DNA of 64,000 nucleotides from Candidatus Eiseniibacteriota bacterium (GTDB lineage: Bacteria; Eisenbacteria; RBG-16-71-46). Location of the stretch: assembly GCA_963744995.1 (NCBI GenBank), contig CAVUWA010000002.1, positions 320,001-384,000 of the forward strand, given 5' to 3'. The translations under genes were made by a program, and so were the position numbers. Of this stretch, positions 9,601 through 18,536 are shown piece by piece (the stretch's first letter is position 1; every line of letters begins with the position of its first letter). The notes below the pieces were generated by a model. The model ran no database searches. It was not told the origin of the DNA and saw nothing but the letters and a program-made list of their open reading frames with translations.

Positions 9601-10569
9601 GCGACCCTGCGTGAAGCCGTGGAGGCGAACGCCTGGGACGGCGAGTGGTACCTGCGGGCCTTCGATGACGACGGTGTGCCGCTCGGCACGCACGCCGACA
9701 CCGAATGCCGCATCGACGGTCTCGTGCAGGCGTGGTCGGTGATCTCGGGCGCGGCGCCGCCCGCTCGCGCGGCGCAGGCCCTGGACGCCGTGGAGCGGCA
9801 CCTGATTTCGGAGCGCGAGGGACTGATCCGACTGCTCACGCCGCCGTTCGAGAACACGCCACGGGATCCCGGCTACATCAAGGGGTACGTGAAGGGCGTG
9901 CGCGAAAACGGCGGGCAGTACACGCACGCTGCGCTGTGGATCGTGCGCGCACTCGCCGAGGCCGGGCGAACCGATCGCGCGGCGCCGCTGCTCGCGATGC
10001 TGAGCCCGGTTCATCACGCCGCGGATCCGGCCGGGGTGGCGACGTACCGCGTGGAGCCCTACGTGGTCGCCGCCGACGTCTACGGCGCCGAGCCGCACGT
10101 CGGACGCGGCGGCTGGACCTGGTACACGGGATCGGCGAGCTGGATGTATCGCGTCGCGGTGGAGTCGGTGCTCGGGATCGAGTGGGTGAACGGCGATCAG
10201 CTGCGCCTCACCCCGCGGATTCCGGACGCATGGCCCGCCTGCCGCGTGACCTGGCGTGTTCCGGGCGCCGGCGCGACGTATCAGATCGAGTACGAACGGG
10301 CGGCGCCCGGGCGGGCGAGCGGCGCGACGGTCGACGGCAGCGCGGTGCCGGTGCATGATGGCGTGACGATGGTGCCGATCGCGCGCGACGGCGGAACGCA
10401 TCGCGTGATCGTGACGCTCGGCGCCGCGAACGGCACGCGGGCGTCCGCCTCCGGCCGTCGCGGCGCCGAGACGGTCACGAATCCGGCCACCGCGCGCGGC
10501 GCGGCGCTGGAGAGCGGCGAACCGCGAGCGCCGCGGCCGCCACGGCCACCCGCGAAACCGGGACGCTAG
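6649..10569 (+). CDS. GH94 glycoside phosphorylase resembling the C-terminal region of cyclic beta-1,2-glucan synthase (Cgs/NdvB)
   Basis: Two N-terminal beta-sandwich repeats (HPAFSKLFVQT; PPQPWVNVIAN...NSREYRLTPWSNDPV). Catalytic region has FYQSSGAYGFRDQLQD, GTGDWNDGMNRVG, RENGGQYTHAA and GRGGWTWYTGSASW. No signal peptide. ATG at 6649 follows GAGGA. Confidence 0.88.
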   Translation: MDRRDALPPAALLGAGEMRVRLSAAGTGGTWYGEHALTRWRPDPVEDRFGWRFQVYEPETGACWPIGRGGPDDVPARFDAVAAPGRFTIERAEDGIETRLEVCVDPAASRELRRVTLVNTGRTVRTIQLASMFEVSLQHPAADTAHPAFSKLFVQTSWDAPRRALLARRRPRGGDERHPWMLLAAPGTDGLEWETDRARHLGRGDLAHRRARLAAPGVFAGSTGNVLDPVFAIRRRVALDPGASAVFDFVLAAAPERDAVLGLAADLDPPRVAALFAAAEAAERERQAALGLGPGRAAFLQALGAAALEGRPALRGEREAFARAAGSIDALRRMGLDPAQPLVFAEGEAVPLALEALRYWRALGWPFQLLVQAGAAAPSADPADGVHLASAAGEGAADLLLARAAACWAPASGTAPRLEPAPAVPPVDRARPLRSCDGGAPAGGETLRAANGLGGFSADGREYVIRVSGVNGHGRPPQPWVNVIANERIGFLISESGAASTWGANSREYRLTPWSNDPVLDPYGEALYVRDLDDATFWSPMPGPVACGGEFEVRHAMGESRFRHTHAGIEHDTRLFVAREDPVRFCRVRLVNRSPRTRRLSLAAYQRLVLGALPESDGRFAVTSRDAASGALFATSAVGDAFARRVAFAQVVAPDGAARPRVTTDRAAFLGVPGDPRRPAAFVRGEMLDGVTGAGLDPCFAFDTAIELAPGEEVERTFLLGDAADAAEARALLARHATPAAVEAAHGEALAFWQNLVDGLQIETPEPALDLMVNAWLPYQALSGRMLGRTAFYQSSGAYGFRDQLQDASGFTLLDPDRFRRQILLHAAHQFVEGDVLHWWHPPLDRGMRTRFADDLLWLPWLTAGYVGATGDVSVLEERRPLLTARALAPGEAEAFVEPRPAGRTADVYTHACMAIDRSLTTGAHGLPLFGTGDWNDGMNRVGQAGRGESVWMAFFLIAVIDAFAPLCERRGDGARAARYRAHAATLREAVEANAWDGEWYLRAFDDDGVPLGTHADTECRIDGLVQAWSVISGAAPPARAAQALDAVERHLISEREGLIRLLTPPFENTPRDPGYIKGYVKGVRENGGQYTHAALWIVRALAEAGRTDRAAPLLAMLSPVHHAADPAGVATYRVEPYVVAADVYGAEPHVGRGGWTWYTGSASWMYRVAVESVLGIEWVNGDQLRLTPRIPDAWPACRVTWRVPGAGATYQIEYERAAPGRASGATVDGSAVPVHDGVTMVPIARDGGTHRVIVTLGAANGTRASASGRRGAETVTNPATARGAALESGEPRAPRPPRPPAKPGR

Positions 10570-10609
10570 CGGCCGCCGTTCCCGCGCGGCGGAGCCAGGG
10601 AGGATCAGG

Positions 10610-12154
10610 ATGAACCGCTCTGCAGTCCCGGAAAGCGGGGCACGCCCGCGCCCGCCCGCAGCCGCCCCGCGCTGTGACGGCCGGCTGTGGCGCCCGTGCG
10701 CCGCGATCCTGATGATGGCGACGGTTCTCGCCGTACTGGCCGCCGCCGGCTGCGCCGCACCGGAAGGCCACGCCACCGGGGACGCGAAGCAGGTGCAGGC
10801 GGCCGCGCGCACCGGGTTTTCGACGCTCGACCCGGCGCAGGCGGCGTTCCTCGATTCGCTCGAGCGCGGCACGTTCCGCTGGTTCTGGGATCTTTCCGAC
10901 CCGAACACCGGGCTCACCCCGGACCGCTGGCCGACGAAGTCGTTCTCCAGCGTCGCGGCGATCGGCTTCGCGCTGACCGCGTATCCGATCGGTGCCGAGC
11001 ACGGCTGGGTCACGCGCGAGGCGGCACGCGAGCGCGTGAGGCACACGATGGAGTTCCTCTGGCGCGCGCCGCAGGGCGACGCGCCGGCAGGCATGACCGG
11101 CTACCACGGCCTCTACTATCACTTCCTGGTGCCGGAGACCGGCGCGCGTTTCCAGAACGTCGAGCTCTCGACCATCGATACCGCGCTGCTGATGGCGGGC
11201 GTGCTGTTCTGCCAGTCGTACTTCGACCGTGCGGACGAGGCGCCGGTGCGCGCGCTCGCGGAGTCGCTGTACACCCGGGTCGAATGGGACTGGGCGCAGC
11301 CGCGGCCACCGTCGATCGTGCTCGGCTGGGATCCGGAGAAGGGCTTCATGCCCTACGACTGGGGCGGCTACAACGAGGCCATGATCCTCATGATTCTCGC
11401 GCTGGGTTCGCCCACGCACCCGGCGCACGGCGACGTGTGGGGCGCGTGGACGAAACACTATCGGTGGGCCACGTTCGAGGGCGAGCCGCAGCTCGTGTTC
11501 GCGCCGCTGTTCGGACACCAGTACTCGCACGTGTGGATCGACTTTCGCGGCATCGAGGACGACTGGTGCCGTGCGAAGGGGATCGACTACTTCGAGAACT
11601 CGCGCCGCGCCACGATCGCGCAGCGCGCCTATGCGATCGACAATCCGGGCAAGTGGCGCGGCTACGGCGAGCGGCTCTGGGGACTCACGGCCTGCGACGG
11701 TCCGCTGGATGGCAAGCGCAGGGTCGACGGCGTCGAGCGCGAGTTCCACACCTACTGGGGTCGCGGGGTCACCGACCGCGACGTATGGGACGACGGCACC
11801 GTGGCTCCGGCGGCCGCGGGTGGTTCGGTCGCCTTCGCTCCCGACCTCTGCGCGACCACGCTGATGGCGATGCGCGCCGACTATGGCGCGCCGCTCTACG
11901 GCAAGTACGGCTTCGTCGACGCGTTGAATCCGACGCTGCGCGAGGCGGGGCCGGTGGCGCAGGGACGGATCGTCCCCGGGGTGGGCTGGTTCGACACCGA
12001 CTACCTCGGCATCGATCAGGGCCCGATCGTATGCATGCTCGAGAACCTGCGCAGCGGCCTGGTGTGGCGAGTCATGCGCAGCAACCCGCACGTCAGGCGC
12101 GGCCTCGCAGCCGCAGGATTCAGGGGCGGATGGCTGGACGAGCCCGCGCAGTGA
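10610..12154 (+). CDS. Second GH144-like glucoamylase-family hydrolase, probable lipoprotein
   Basis: Same motif set as 5054-6622 (GLYYHFL, ELSTIDTALL, YNEAM, PLFGHQYSH, WGLTACD, YLGIDQGP). Hydrophobic stretch ends in a lipobox-like LAAAGC. No CTD. Confidence 0.85.
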   Translation: MNRSAVPESGARPRPPAAAPRCDGRLWRPCAAILMMATVLAVLAAAGCAAPEGHATGDAKQVQAAARTGFSTLDPAQAAFLDSLERGTFRWFWDLSDPNTGLTPDRWPTKSFSSVAAIGFALTAYPIGAEHGWVTREAARERVRHTMEFLWRAPQGDAPAGMTGYHGLYYHFLVPETGARFQNVELSTIDTALLMAGVLFCQSYFDRADEAPVRALAESLYTRVEWDWAQPRPPSIVLGWDPEKGFMPYDWGGYNEAMILMILALGSPTHPAHGDVWGAWTKHYRWATFEGEPQLVFAPLFGHQYSHVWIDFRGIEDDWCRAKGIDYFENSRRATIAQRAYAIDNPGKWRGYGERLWGLTACDGPLDGKRRVDGVEREFHTYWGRGVTDRDVWDDGTVAPAAAGGSVAFAPDLCATTLMAMRADYGAPLYGKYGFVDALNPTLREAGPVAQGRIVPGVGWFDTDYLGIDQGPIVCMLENLRSGLVWRVMRSNPHVRRGLAAAGFRGGWLDEPAQ

Positions 12155-13557
12155 CGCCGCCGCGGCGTCGCGCCGCTGCGTGCCGCGCCCGGGGTCGCGG
12201 CGCCGCGATCGGTGCGCTGGCCGTCGTGCTCGCCGCCGGCTGCGGCCGGGGCGCCGGCGGCGGTGTCACGCTGCGGTTCTGGGCGATGGGCCGCGAGGGC
12301 GAGGTCGTGCAGCAGCTGGTGCGCGACTTCGAGCGCGAGAACCCCGGCGTCCGCGTCGAGGTGCAGCAGATCCCCTGGTCGGCCGCGCACGAGAAGCTGC
12401 TCACCGGCTACGTCGGCGGCTCGACCCCCGACGTCACGCAGCTCGGCAACACATGGATCGCCGAGTTCGCCGCGCTGCATGCGCTCGAGCCGCTGAACGG
12501 GCGCCTCGCGCGCTCGGACGCGCTCGCCGACAGCTCGTACTTCCCCGGCATCTGGGAGACCAACGTCGTCGACGGTGAAGTGTACGGAGTGCCGTGGTAC
12601 GTCGACACGCGCGTGCTGTTCTACCGCCGCGATCTGCTGAAGCGCGCCGGGTACGCGAAGATGCCGGAGACGTGGCAGGGCTGGCTCGAGGCGATGCGCG
12701 CGATCAAGCGCATGGAGGGCGCGCACCGCTACGCGATCTTCCTGCCGACCAACGAGTTCATGCAGCCGGTGATCTTCGGGATGCAGACCGGCTCGCCGCT
12801 GCTCGAGGCGCACGGCACGCGCGGTGCATTCTCGAAGCCGGCGTTCAAGCGCGCCTTCGACTTCTACGTCGGCATGTTCCGCGATTCGCTGGCGCCGCCG
12901 ATCGGCAATGCCGAAATCGCCAACATGTATCAGGAGTTCGCGCGCGGCTACTTCGCCATGATGATCACCGGCCCGTGGAACCTGGGTGAATTCGAGCAAC
13001 GGCTTCCGGACTCGCTGCAGGACGCCTGGGGCACGGCGCCGCTCCCGGGGCCCGACGGGCCCGGAGCATCGATCGCGGGCGGCTCGAGCCTGGTGCTGAT
13101 GCGCGGCTCGCACCACAAGGATGCGGCGTGGCGGCTGATCGAGTTCCTGTCGCGGCCCGATCAGCAGCTGCGGTTCTGGCAGCTGACCGGCGACCTGCCG
13201 GCACGGGTCGAGGTCTGGCGCGATTCGGCGCTGGTCGCAGACCCGCGCGTGGTCGCGTTCGGTGAGCAGCTCCGGCGCGCGGTGCCGGCGCCGCGGGTGC
13301 CCGAATGGGAGGAGATCGCGAACCTGCTCCAGGATCGCGCCGAGGCCGTGATCCGCGGCGGCGTGAGCGCCGACTCGGCGCTGGCGCGTTTCGATCGCGA
13401 CGTGGATCGACTGCTCGAGAAGCGCCGCTGGATGCTGCAGCGGACGCACGGCGCGGGCGACGAGGGGACGACGAGCGGGGGCGCCGGCGCGCCGGGCGCC
13501 GTTCGCGAAGCCGCCGCAGGCGCGTCCCACGCGGGCGCCCGCGGGAGGGACGGATGA
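12151..13557 (+). CDS. Sugar ABC transporter substrate-binding lipoprotein
   Basis: GTG overlaps the previous stop. Lipobox VLAAGC, then LRFWAMGREG, FERENPGVRV, PWYVDTRVLFYRRDLL and AMMITGPW (CUT1-type binding protein). Confidence 0.9.
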   Translation: MTPPRRRAAACRARGRGAAIGALAVVLAAGCGRGAGGGVTLRFWAMGREGEVVQQLVRDFERENPGVRVEVQQIPWSAAHEKLLTGYVGGSTPDVTQLGNTWIAEFAALHALEPLNGRLARSDALADSSYFPGIWETNVVDGEVYGVPWYVDTRVLFYRRDLLKRAGYAKMPETWQGWLEAMRAIKRMEGAHRYAIFLPTNEFMQPVIFGMQTGSPLLEAHGTRGAFSKPAFKRAFDFYVGMFRDSLAPPIGNAEIANMYQEFARGYFAMMITGPWNLGEFEQRLPDSLQDAWGTAPLPGPDGPGASIAGGSSLVLMRGSHHKDAAWRLIEFLSRPDQQLRFWQLTGDLPARVEVWRDSALVADPRVVAFGEQLRRAVPAPRVPEWEEIANLLQDRAEAVIRGGVSADSALARFDRDVDRLLEKRRWMLQRTHGAGDEGTTSGGAGAPGAVREAAAGASHAGARGRDG

Positions 13558-14444
13558 GCAATCCGCACGCACGGGCCCAGCAACGCGCCGGGTGGCTGAT
13601 GGTGTCGCCCGCGCTGCTCCTGATCGGGGTGTTCTTCGCGCTGCCGGTGCTCGCCGGGCTGCTCCTGAGCCTCACGGACTTCGACATCTACGCGATCGCC
13701 GATCCGGCGAACATGCGCTTCGTCGGCATCGGCAACTACGTGCACATTCTCTCCGATCCGCTGTTCTGGAAGGCGCTCGGCAACACGTTCTACTTCGTGC
13801 TGGTCGGCGGGCCGCTGTCGATCGCGGTGTCGCTCGGCGCGGCGCTGATGCTGGACGCGAAGGGCGTACGCTGGCCGGGCTTCTTCCGCTCGATCTACTT
13901 CATGCCGGTGGTGACGACGCTGGTCGCGGTGTCGGTGGTCTGGCGCTATCTCTACCACCCGCGTTACGGGTTGATCGATGCGGCGCTCGGCGGTCTCGGC
14001 CTGCCGGCGATCGACTGGCTCGGCAACCCGCACTGGGCGATGCCGGCGATCATCCTGCTGAGCGTGTGGAAGAACTTCGGCTACAACATGCTCATCTTCA
14101 TCGCCGGACTGCAGAGCATCCCTCAGGAAACGTACGAGGCGGCTGAGCTCGACGGCGCGACGTGGTGGGGACGCTTTCGCCACGTCACGCTGCCGGGGCT
14201 CGGACCGACGCTGCTGTTCATCGGCATCATCACGATGCTCGGCCAGTTCCAGCTGTTCGCCGAGCCGTACGTGATGACGCAGGGCGGGCCGCTCAAGGCG
14301 ACCACCAGCGTCGTGCTGCTCATGTACGAGCAGGGCTTCCGCTGGTGGCGGATCGGTTTCGCCGCGTCGATCTCGTTCCTGCTGTTCCTGATCATGCTGG
14401 TCGGGACGCTGCTGCAGATGCGTCTGCAACGGAGCCGGCCGTGA
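13554..14444 (+). CDS. Sugar ABC transporter permease (MalF-like)
   Basis: Multiple TM segments, 'FVGIGNY', and the EAA loop 'YEAAELDGA'. Confidence 0.92.
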   Translation: MSNPHARAQQRAGWLMVSPALLLIGVFFALPVLAGLLLSLTDFDIYAIADPANMRFVGIGNYVHILSDPLFWKALGNTFYFVLVGGPLSIAVSLGAALMLDAKGVRWPGFFRSIYFMPVVTTLVAVSVVWRYLYHPRYGLIDAALGGLGLPAIDWLGNPHWAMPAIILLSVWKNFGYNMLIFIAGLQSIPQETYEAAELDGATWWGRFRHVTLPGLGPTLLFIGIITMLGQFQLFAEPYVMTQGGPLKATTSVVLLMYEQGFRWWRIGFAASISFLLFLIMLVGTLLQMRLQRSRP

Positions 14445-15265
14445 GGCGCGTCCGCTCGCAGCCGCTCTTCCTGCATGCCGCGCTCGGGCTGCTCGCACTG
14501 CTGACCGTGGTGCCGCTGCTGTGGATGTTCTCGGCCTCGTTCATGGCGGCAGGGGAGGCGAACTCGCTGCCACCGCGCCTGCTGCCCGCGGCCGGCACGT
14601 TCGCCCACTACGCGGCGCTGTTCCAGCGGCTCGACATCACGCGCAACTTCACCAACAGCGCGATCGTCGCCGTCGGCGCGACGCTGTTCTCGCTGGTCGT
14701 GAATTCGCTGGCCGGGTACGCGTTCGCCAAGCTGCGGTTCAAGGGCCGCGATCGCGTGTTCGGCCTGCTGCTCGGCGCGCTGGTCATCCCGTCCCAGGTC
14801 GGCATGCTGCCGCTGTTTCTGCTGCTCAAGCAGATCGGGCTCGTGAACTCGCTGTGGAGCGCGATCATCCCGAGCATGGCGACGGTGTTCGGCATCTTCC
14901 TGGTGCGCCAGTACGCACTGAGCATCCCGGACGCGCTGCTGGATGCCGCACGCATCGACGGCGCGGGCGAATTCCAGATCTACCGCACGATCGTGATGCC
15001 GCTGCTGACGCCGATCCTGGTGACGCTGGCCGCGTTCACCTTCCTCTCGGCGTGGAACGACTTCATGTGGCCGCTGATCGTGCTCAGCGACGAGGCGCGC
15101 TACACGCTGCCGGTCGCGCTCGCGAACCTCAGCGGCGAGCACGTGCAGGACACCGAGCTGATGATGGCGGGCGCCGTGATCACCGTGCTGCCGACGATCC
15201 TGGTGTTCCTCGCGCTGCAGCGCGCGTACGTGCGCGGCGTGATGACGGGGAGCGTGAAGGAATGA
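14441..15265 (+). CDS. Sugar ABC transporter permease (MalG-like)
   Basis: TM segments, 'AGYAFAKLRFKGR', EAA loop 'LDAARIDGA', and 'WNDFMWPLIV'. Confidence 0.92.
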   Translation: MRRVRSQPLFLHAALGLLALLTVVPLLWMFSASFMAAGEANSLPPRLLPAAGTFAHYAALFQRLDITRNFTNSAIVAVGATLFSLVVNSLAGYAFAKLRFKGRDRVFGLLLGALVIPSQVGMLPLFLLLKQIGLVNSLWSAIIPSMATVFGIFLVRQYALSIPDALLDAARIDGAGEFQIYRTIVMPLLTPILVTLAAFTFLSAWNDFMWPLIVLSDEARYTLPVALANLSGEHVQDTELMMAGAVITVLPTILVFLALQRAYVRGVMTGSVKE

Positions 15266-18200
15266 GGCCGGCCGCCGCGCAGCGGACGGCGCGCGCCGCC
15301 TGGCGTGCCGTGGCCGTGCTGCTCGCCGCAGCGGCCTGCATGCGGCCCGCGCCGGCGGGCGCGGCTCCGGCGGACTCGAGCGCCTTCATCCCGCACGTGC
15401 TCACCGCGGACGAGGGCCCGTACCTGATCGACGATTTCTCCAGCGTCGCCGCGTGGTCGGCGCATCCGGCCACCGGCGTGGGGCTCCACATCGTCGAGGA
15501 CGGCGGCGCGATGCGGCTCGACTTCGATTTCCACGGCGGCGGCGGCTACGCGGTCGCGCGGCGGCGGGTGGCGCTGCGGGTCGGCGGCAACTACCGCTTC
15601 CACTTCCGCGTGCGCGGCGAGACCCCGCCCAACACGCTCGAGTTCAAGCTGATCGCGCCCGGCATGGAGAACGTGTGGTGGGCCAGGCGCCAGGACTTCG
15701 ACTTCCCGCACGACTGGGAGACCCTGGTCTTCCGCAAGCGCCACATCTCGTTCGCGTGGGGCCCGGCGGGCGGCGGCGAGCTCACCGACATCGCCGCGAT
15801 CGAGTTCGCGATCACCGCGGGCCAGGGCGGCAGGGGTTCGGTGTGGATCGACGACCTCACGGTCGAACCGCTGCCCGAGCCCGGCGCGCCGATGACGCCG
15901 GTCGCGACCGCCTCGTCGGCGCTCGGGGCCGCGGTCGCGGCCCGTGCGGTGGACGGCGATCCGGCGACGGCATGGCGGCCCTCGACGCTCGATCACACCC
16001 CGACGTGGACCATGGATCTGGGCGGCGAGCGGGCGCTTGGCGGTCTGATGGTGACGTGGGCGCCCGGACGGCAGGCGAAGAACTACGACGTGGAGCTGTC
16101 GTCGGACGGTTCGCACTGGCGCGACGTCCGCCCGGTGCGCGGCAGCGACGGTGGCGCCGATCCGATCCTGCTCACCGATACCGACGCGCGCTACGTGCGG
16201 CTGCGGCTCGTGGACGGCGCGCCCGGTGGCGGCGTCGCGCTCGCCGAAGTCGAGGTCGAACCGCTCGAGTGGGGCGCGACGCGGGAGAAGTTCTTCGAGG
16301 CGATCGCCGCCCGCGCACCGCGCGGCTGGTACCCGCGCGGCTACGTCGGCGAACAGTCGTACTGGACGGTGGTCGGTCTCGACGCGGATCGCGACGAGGC
16401 GCTGATGGGCGAGGACGGGCGTATCGAGGCCGGCAAGGCCGAGTTCACGGTCGAGCCGTTCATCCACGCGGGCGGGCATCTGGTGACGTGGGCCGACGTC
16501 GGCATGGCGCACGGTCTCGTGGGCGGGCAGGCGGCGCTGCCGCTGCCGTGGGTGCGTTGGCGTGCCGGCGATCTCGACCTGACGGTGCATGCGTATCCGA
16601 CCGGTGAGCCCGGCCACGGGCGCGTCATCGCGCACTACGTGGTCGTAAACCGCGGCCGGGCGGCACAGGGAACGCTCTACCTGGCGCTGCGGCCGTTCCA
16701 GGTGAACCCCCCGTCGCAATTCCTGAACACGAAAGGCGGGACCGCTCCGATCCGGCGGCTCGCCCGTGACGATCACGCGATTCTCGTGGACGGCGTCGCG
16801 CGGGTGGTCAGCGTGACGGCACCGGACGGCTTCGGTGCCGCGACGTTCGACCAGGGCGGGGTGCTGCCGGCCATTGCGGCCGATCGCCTGCCGCGGGCGA
16901 CGGTCGTGGAGGACCCGTTCGAAGCGGCGTCCGGCGTGCTCGCGTACGCATTCGATCTGGCGCCGGATGACTCCATGACGGTGGACCTGCGCATCGCGCT
17001 CAGCGACGCCGCCGCGTTCGGGCCGGGACGCGGCACGACCCCGACGGACCCCGACATCCAGGCGTCGATCTCCGACTGGCGCTGGCGCCTGCGCGGGGCC
17101 GAGATCGCCCTGCCCGACTCCGAGGTCACGCGCACGCTGCATGCGCAGATCGGCTGGATCATGGTGAATCGCGACGGCGCGGCGATCCAACCCGGCTCGC
17201 GCTCCTACGAGCGTTCGTGGATCCGCGACGGCGCGCTGACCTCGACGGCGCTGTTGCGCACCGGCCACGCTGCCGTCGTGCGCGCGTTCATCGAGTGGTT
17301 CGCGCCGTACCTCTACGCCGACGGCAAGGTGCCGTGCTGCGTGGACCAGCGCGGTTCGGACCCGGTGCCCGAGCACGACAGCAGCGGCGAGTTCATCTAT
17401 CTGGTGGCCGAGTACCTGCGCCACACCGGCGATCTGGATCTCGCCCGCGAGATGTGGCCCGGGGTCGATCGTGCGGTGGGCTATCTGGATTCGCTGCGGC
17501 GGACCGAGCGCACGCCCGAGTACCGGCGCCCGGACCAGGTGGAATTCTTCGGCCTGCTGCCGCCCTCGATCAGCCACGAGGGTTATTCGGCGAAGCCGAT
17601 GCACTCCTACTGGGACGACTTCTTCGCCTTGCGCGGCTTCGAGGACGCGGCCTGGCTCGCGAGCCGTCTGGGCCGGCGCGGCGACGCCCGCCGCATCCGG
17701 GGCATCCACGACCAGTTCCAGCACGATCTGATCGCGTCGATTCGTGAGTCGATGAAGCGGCACGGCATCGACTACATCCCCGGCGCCGCGGATCTCGGCG
17801 ACTTCGACGCCACCTCCACGACGATCGCGCTCGAGCCGGGCCAGGCGCTCGACGTGCTGCCGAGGGACGCGGTGGACCACACGTTCGAGCGTTACTGGCG
17901 CTTCTTCGAGCGGCGCCGCGACGGCAAGGAGGCATGGGACGCGATGACGCCCTACGAGATGCGCACGATCGGCGCCTTCGTACGGCTCGGCTGGCGCGAC
18001 CGCGCCCATGCGGCGCTCGACTGGTTCATGACGCTCCGGCGCCCGCCGGGCTGGGCGCAGTGGGCCGAAGTCGTGGGCCACGATCCGCGCCACGTGCGCT
18101 TTCTCGGCGACATGCCGCACACCTGGGTCGGCTCGGACTTCGTGCGCTCGGTGCTCGACATGCTCGCCTACGAGCGGGAGAGCGACCGCTCGATCGTCAT

Positions 18201-18486
18201 CGGCGCCGGGGTGCCGTGGGCCTGGGTGTCCGAGGGAAACGGCGTTCGGGTGAAGGACCTCTCGACCCGCGACGGACGGCTCGGCTTCACCATGCGCGCC
18301 GACGGCGCCGCGCTCGAGATCACGATCGACGCTGCGGGCGAGGTGCCGCCGGGCGGCTTCGTGCTCGATCCGCCTTCCCGCGTGGCGTTTCGCTCGGCGC
18401 GGGTGAACGGCAGACGGGTGCGGCTCGGGCGCGACGGCATGCTGGTCGTGAGGAAGCGCGGCGTGACGGTGAGGTTCGAGCCGTAG
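15262..18486 (+). CDS. Secreted multidomain protein: CBM-like/CIA30-like domain, F5/8 type C (discoidin) domain and putative (alpha/alpha)6 glycoside-hydrolase domain
   Basis: Signal peptide. N-terminal jelly-roll (LDFDFHGGGGY...GSVWIDDL) and a discoidin motif (ATASS...AVDGDPATAW...MDLG...YDVELSSDG...ARYVRL). C-terminal 'IQPGSRSYERSWIRDG', 'EHDSSGEF' and 'HSYWDDFF' resemble six-hairpin glycosidases. Confidence 0.72.
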   Translation: MRPAAAQRTARAAWRAVAVLLAAAACMRPAPAGAAPADSSAFIPHVLTADEGPYLIDDFSSVAAWSAHPATGVGLHIVEDGGAMRLDFDFHGGGGYAVARRRVALRVGGNYRFHFRVRGETPPNTLEFKLIAPGMENVWWARRQDFDFPHDWETLVFRKRHISFAWGPAGGGELTDIAAIEFAITAGQGGRGSVWIDDLTVEPLPEPGAPMTPVATASSALGAAVAARAVDGDPATAWRPSTLDHTPTWTMDLGGERALGGLMVTWAPGRQAKNYDVELSSDGSHWRDVRPVRGSDGGADPILLTDTDARYVRLRLVDGAPGGGVALAEVEVEPLEWGATREKFFEAIAARAPRGWYPRGYVGEQSYWTVVGLDADRDEALMGEDGRIEAGKAEFTVEPFIHAGGHLVTWADVGMAHGLVGGQAALPLPWVRWRAGDLDLTVHAYPTGEPGHGRVIAHYVVVNRGRAAQGTLYLALRPFQVNPPSQFLNTKGGTAPIRRLARDDHAILVDGVARVVSVTAPDGFGAATFDQGGVLPAIAADRLPRATVVEDPFEAASGVLAYAFDLAPDDSMTVDLRIALSDAAAFGPGRGTTPTDPDIQASISDWRWRLRGAEIALPDSEVTRTLHAQIGWIMVNRDGAAIQPGSRSYERSWIRDGALTSTALLRTGHAAVVRAFIEWFAPYLYADGKVPCCVDQRGSDPVPEHDSSGEFIYLVAEYLRHTGDLDLAREMWPGVDRAVGYLDSLRRTERTPEYRRPDQVEFFGLLPPSISHEGYSAKPMHSYWDDFFALRGFEDAAWLASRLGRRGDARRIRGIHDQFQHDLIASIRESMKRHGIDYIPGAADLGDFDATSTTIALEPGQALDVLPRDAVDHTFERYWRFFERRRDGKEAWDAMTPYEMRTIGAFVRLGWRDRAHAALDWFMTLRRPPGWAQWAEVVGHDPRHVRFLGDMPHTWVGSDFVRSVLDMLAYERESDRSIVIGAGVPWAWVSEGNGVRVKDLSTRDGRLGFTMRADGAALEITIDAAGEVPPGGFVLDPPSRVAFRSARVNGRRVRLGRDGMLVVRKRGVTVRFEP

Positions 18487-18536
18487 AGCGGCACGGAAGG
18501 ACGCTGCCGGCGGCGACTCGGCGGCCGGCCCCCGTC

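Noticed and set aside
6649..10569. Cyclic beta-1,2-glucan synthase (ndvB/cgs) call
   Set aside because: It lacks the membrane-spanning GT84 synthase portion and is about half the expected length. The context is catabolic.
7951..11094. 1047-aa minus-strand ORF, and similar long antisense ORFs (15100-19458, 21142-24285, 26793-28958, 41986-44229, 56242-60528)
   Set aside because: Shadow ORFs of high-GC coding DNA. They are Arg/Ala/Gly-rich, have no motifs, and lie opposite or out of frame with well-supported genes.
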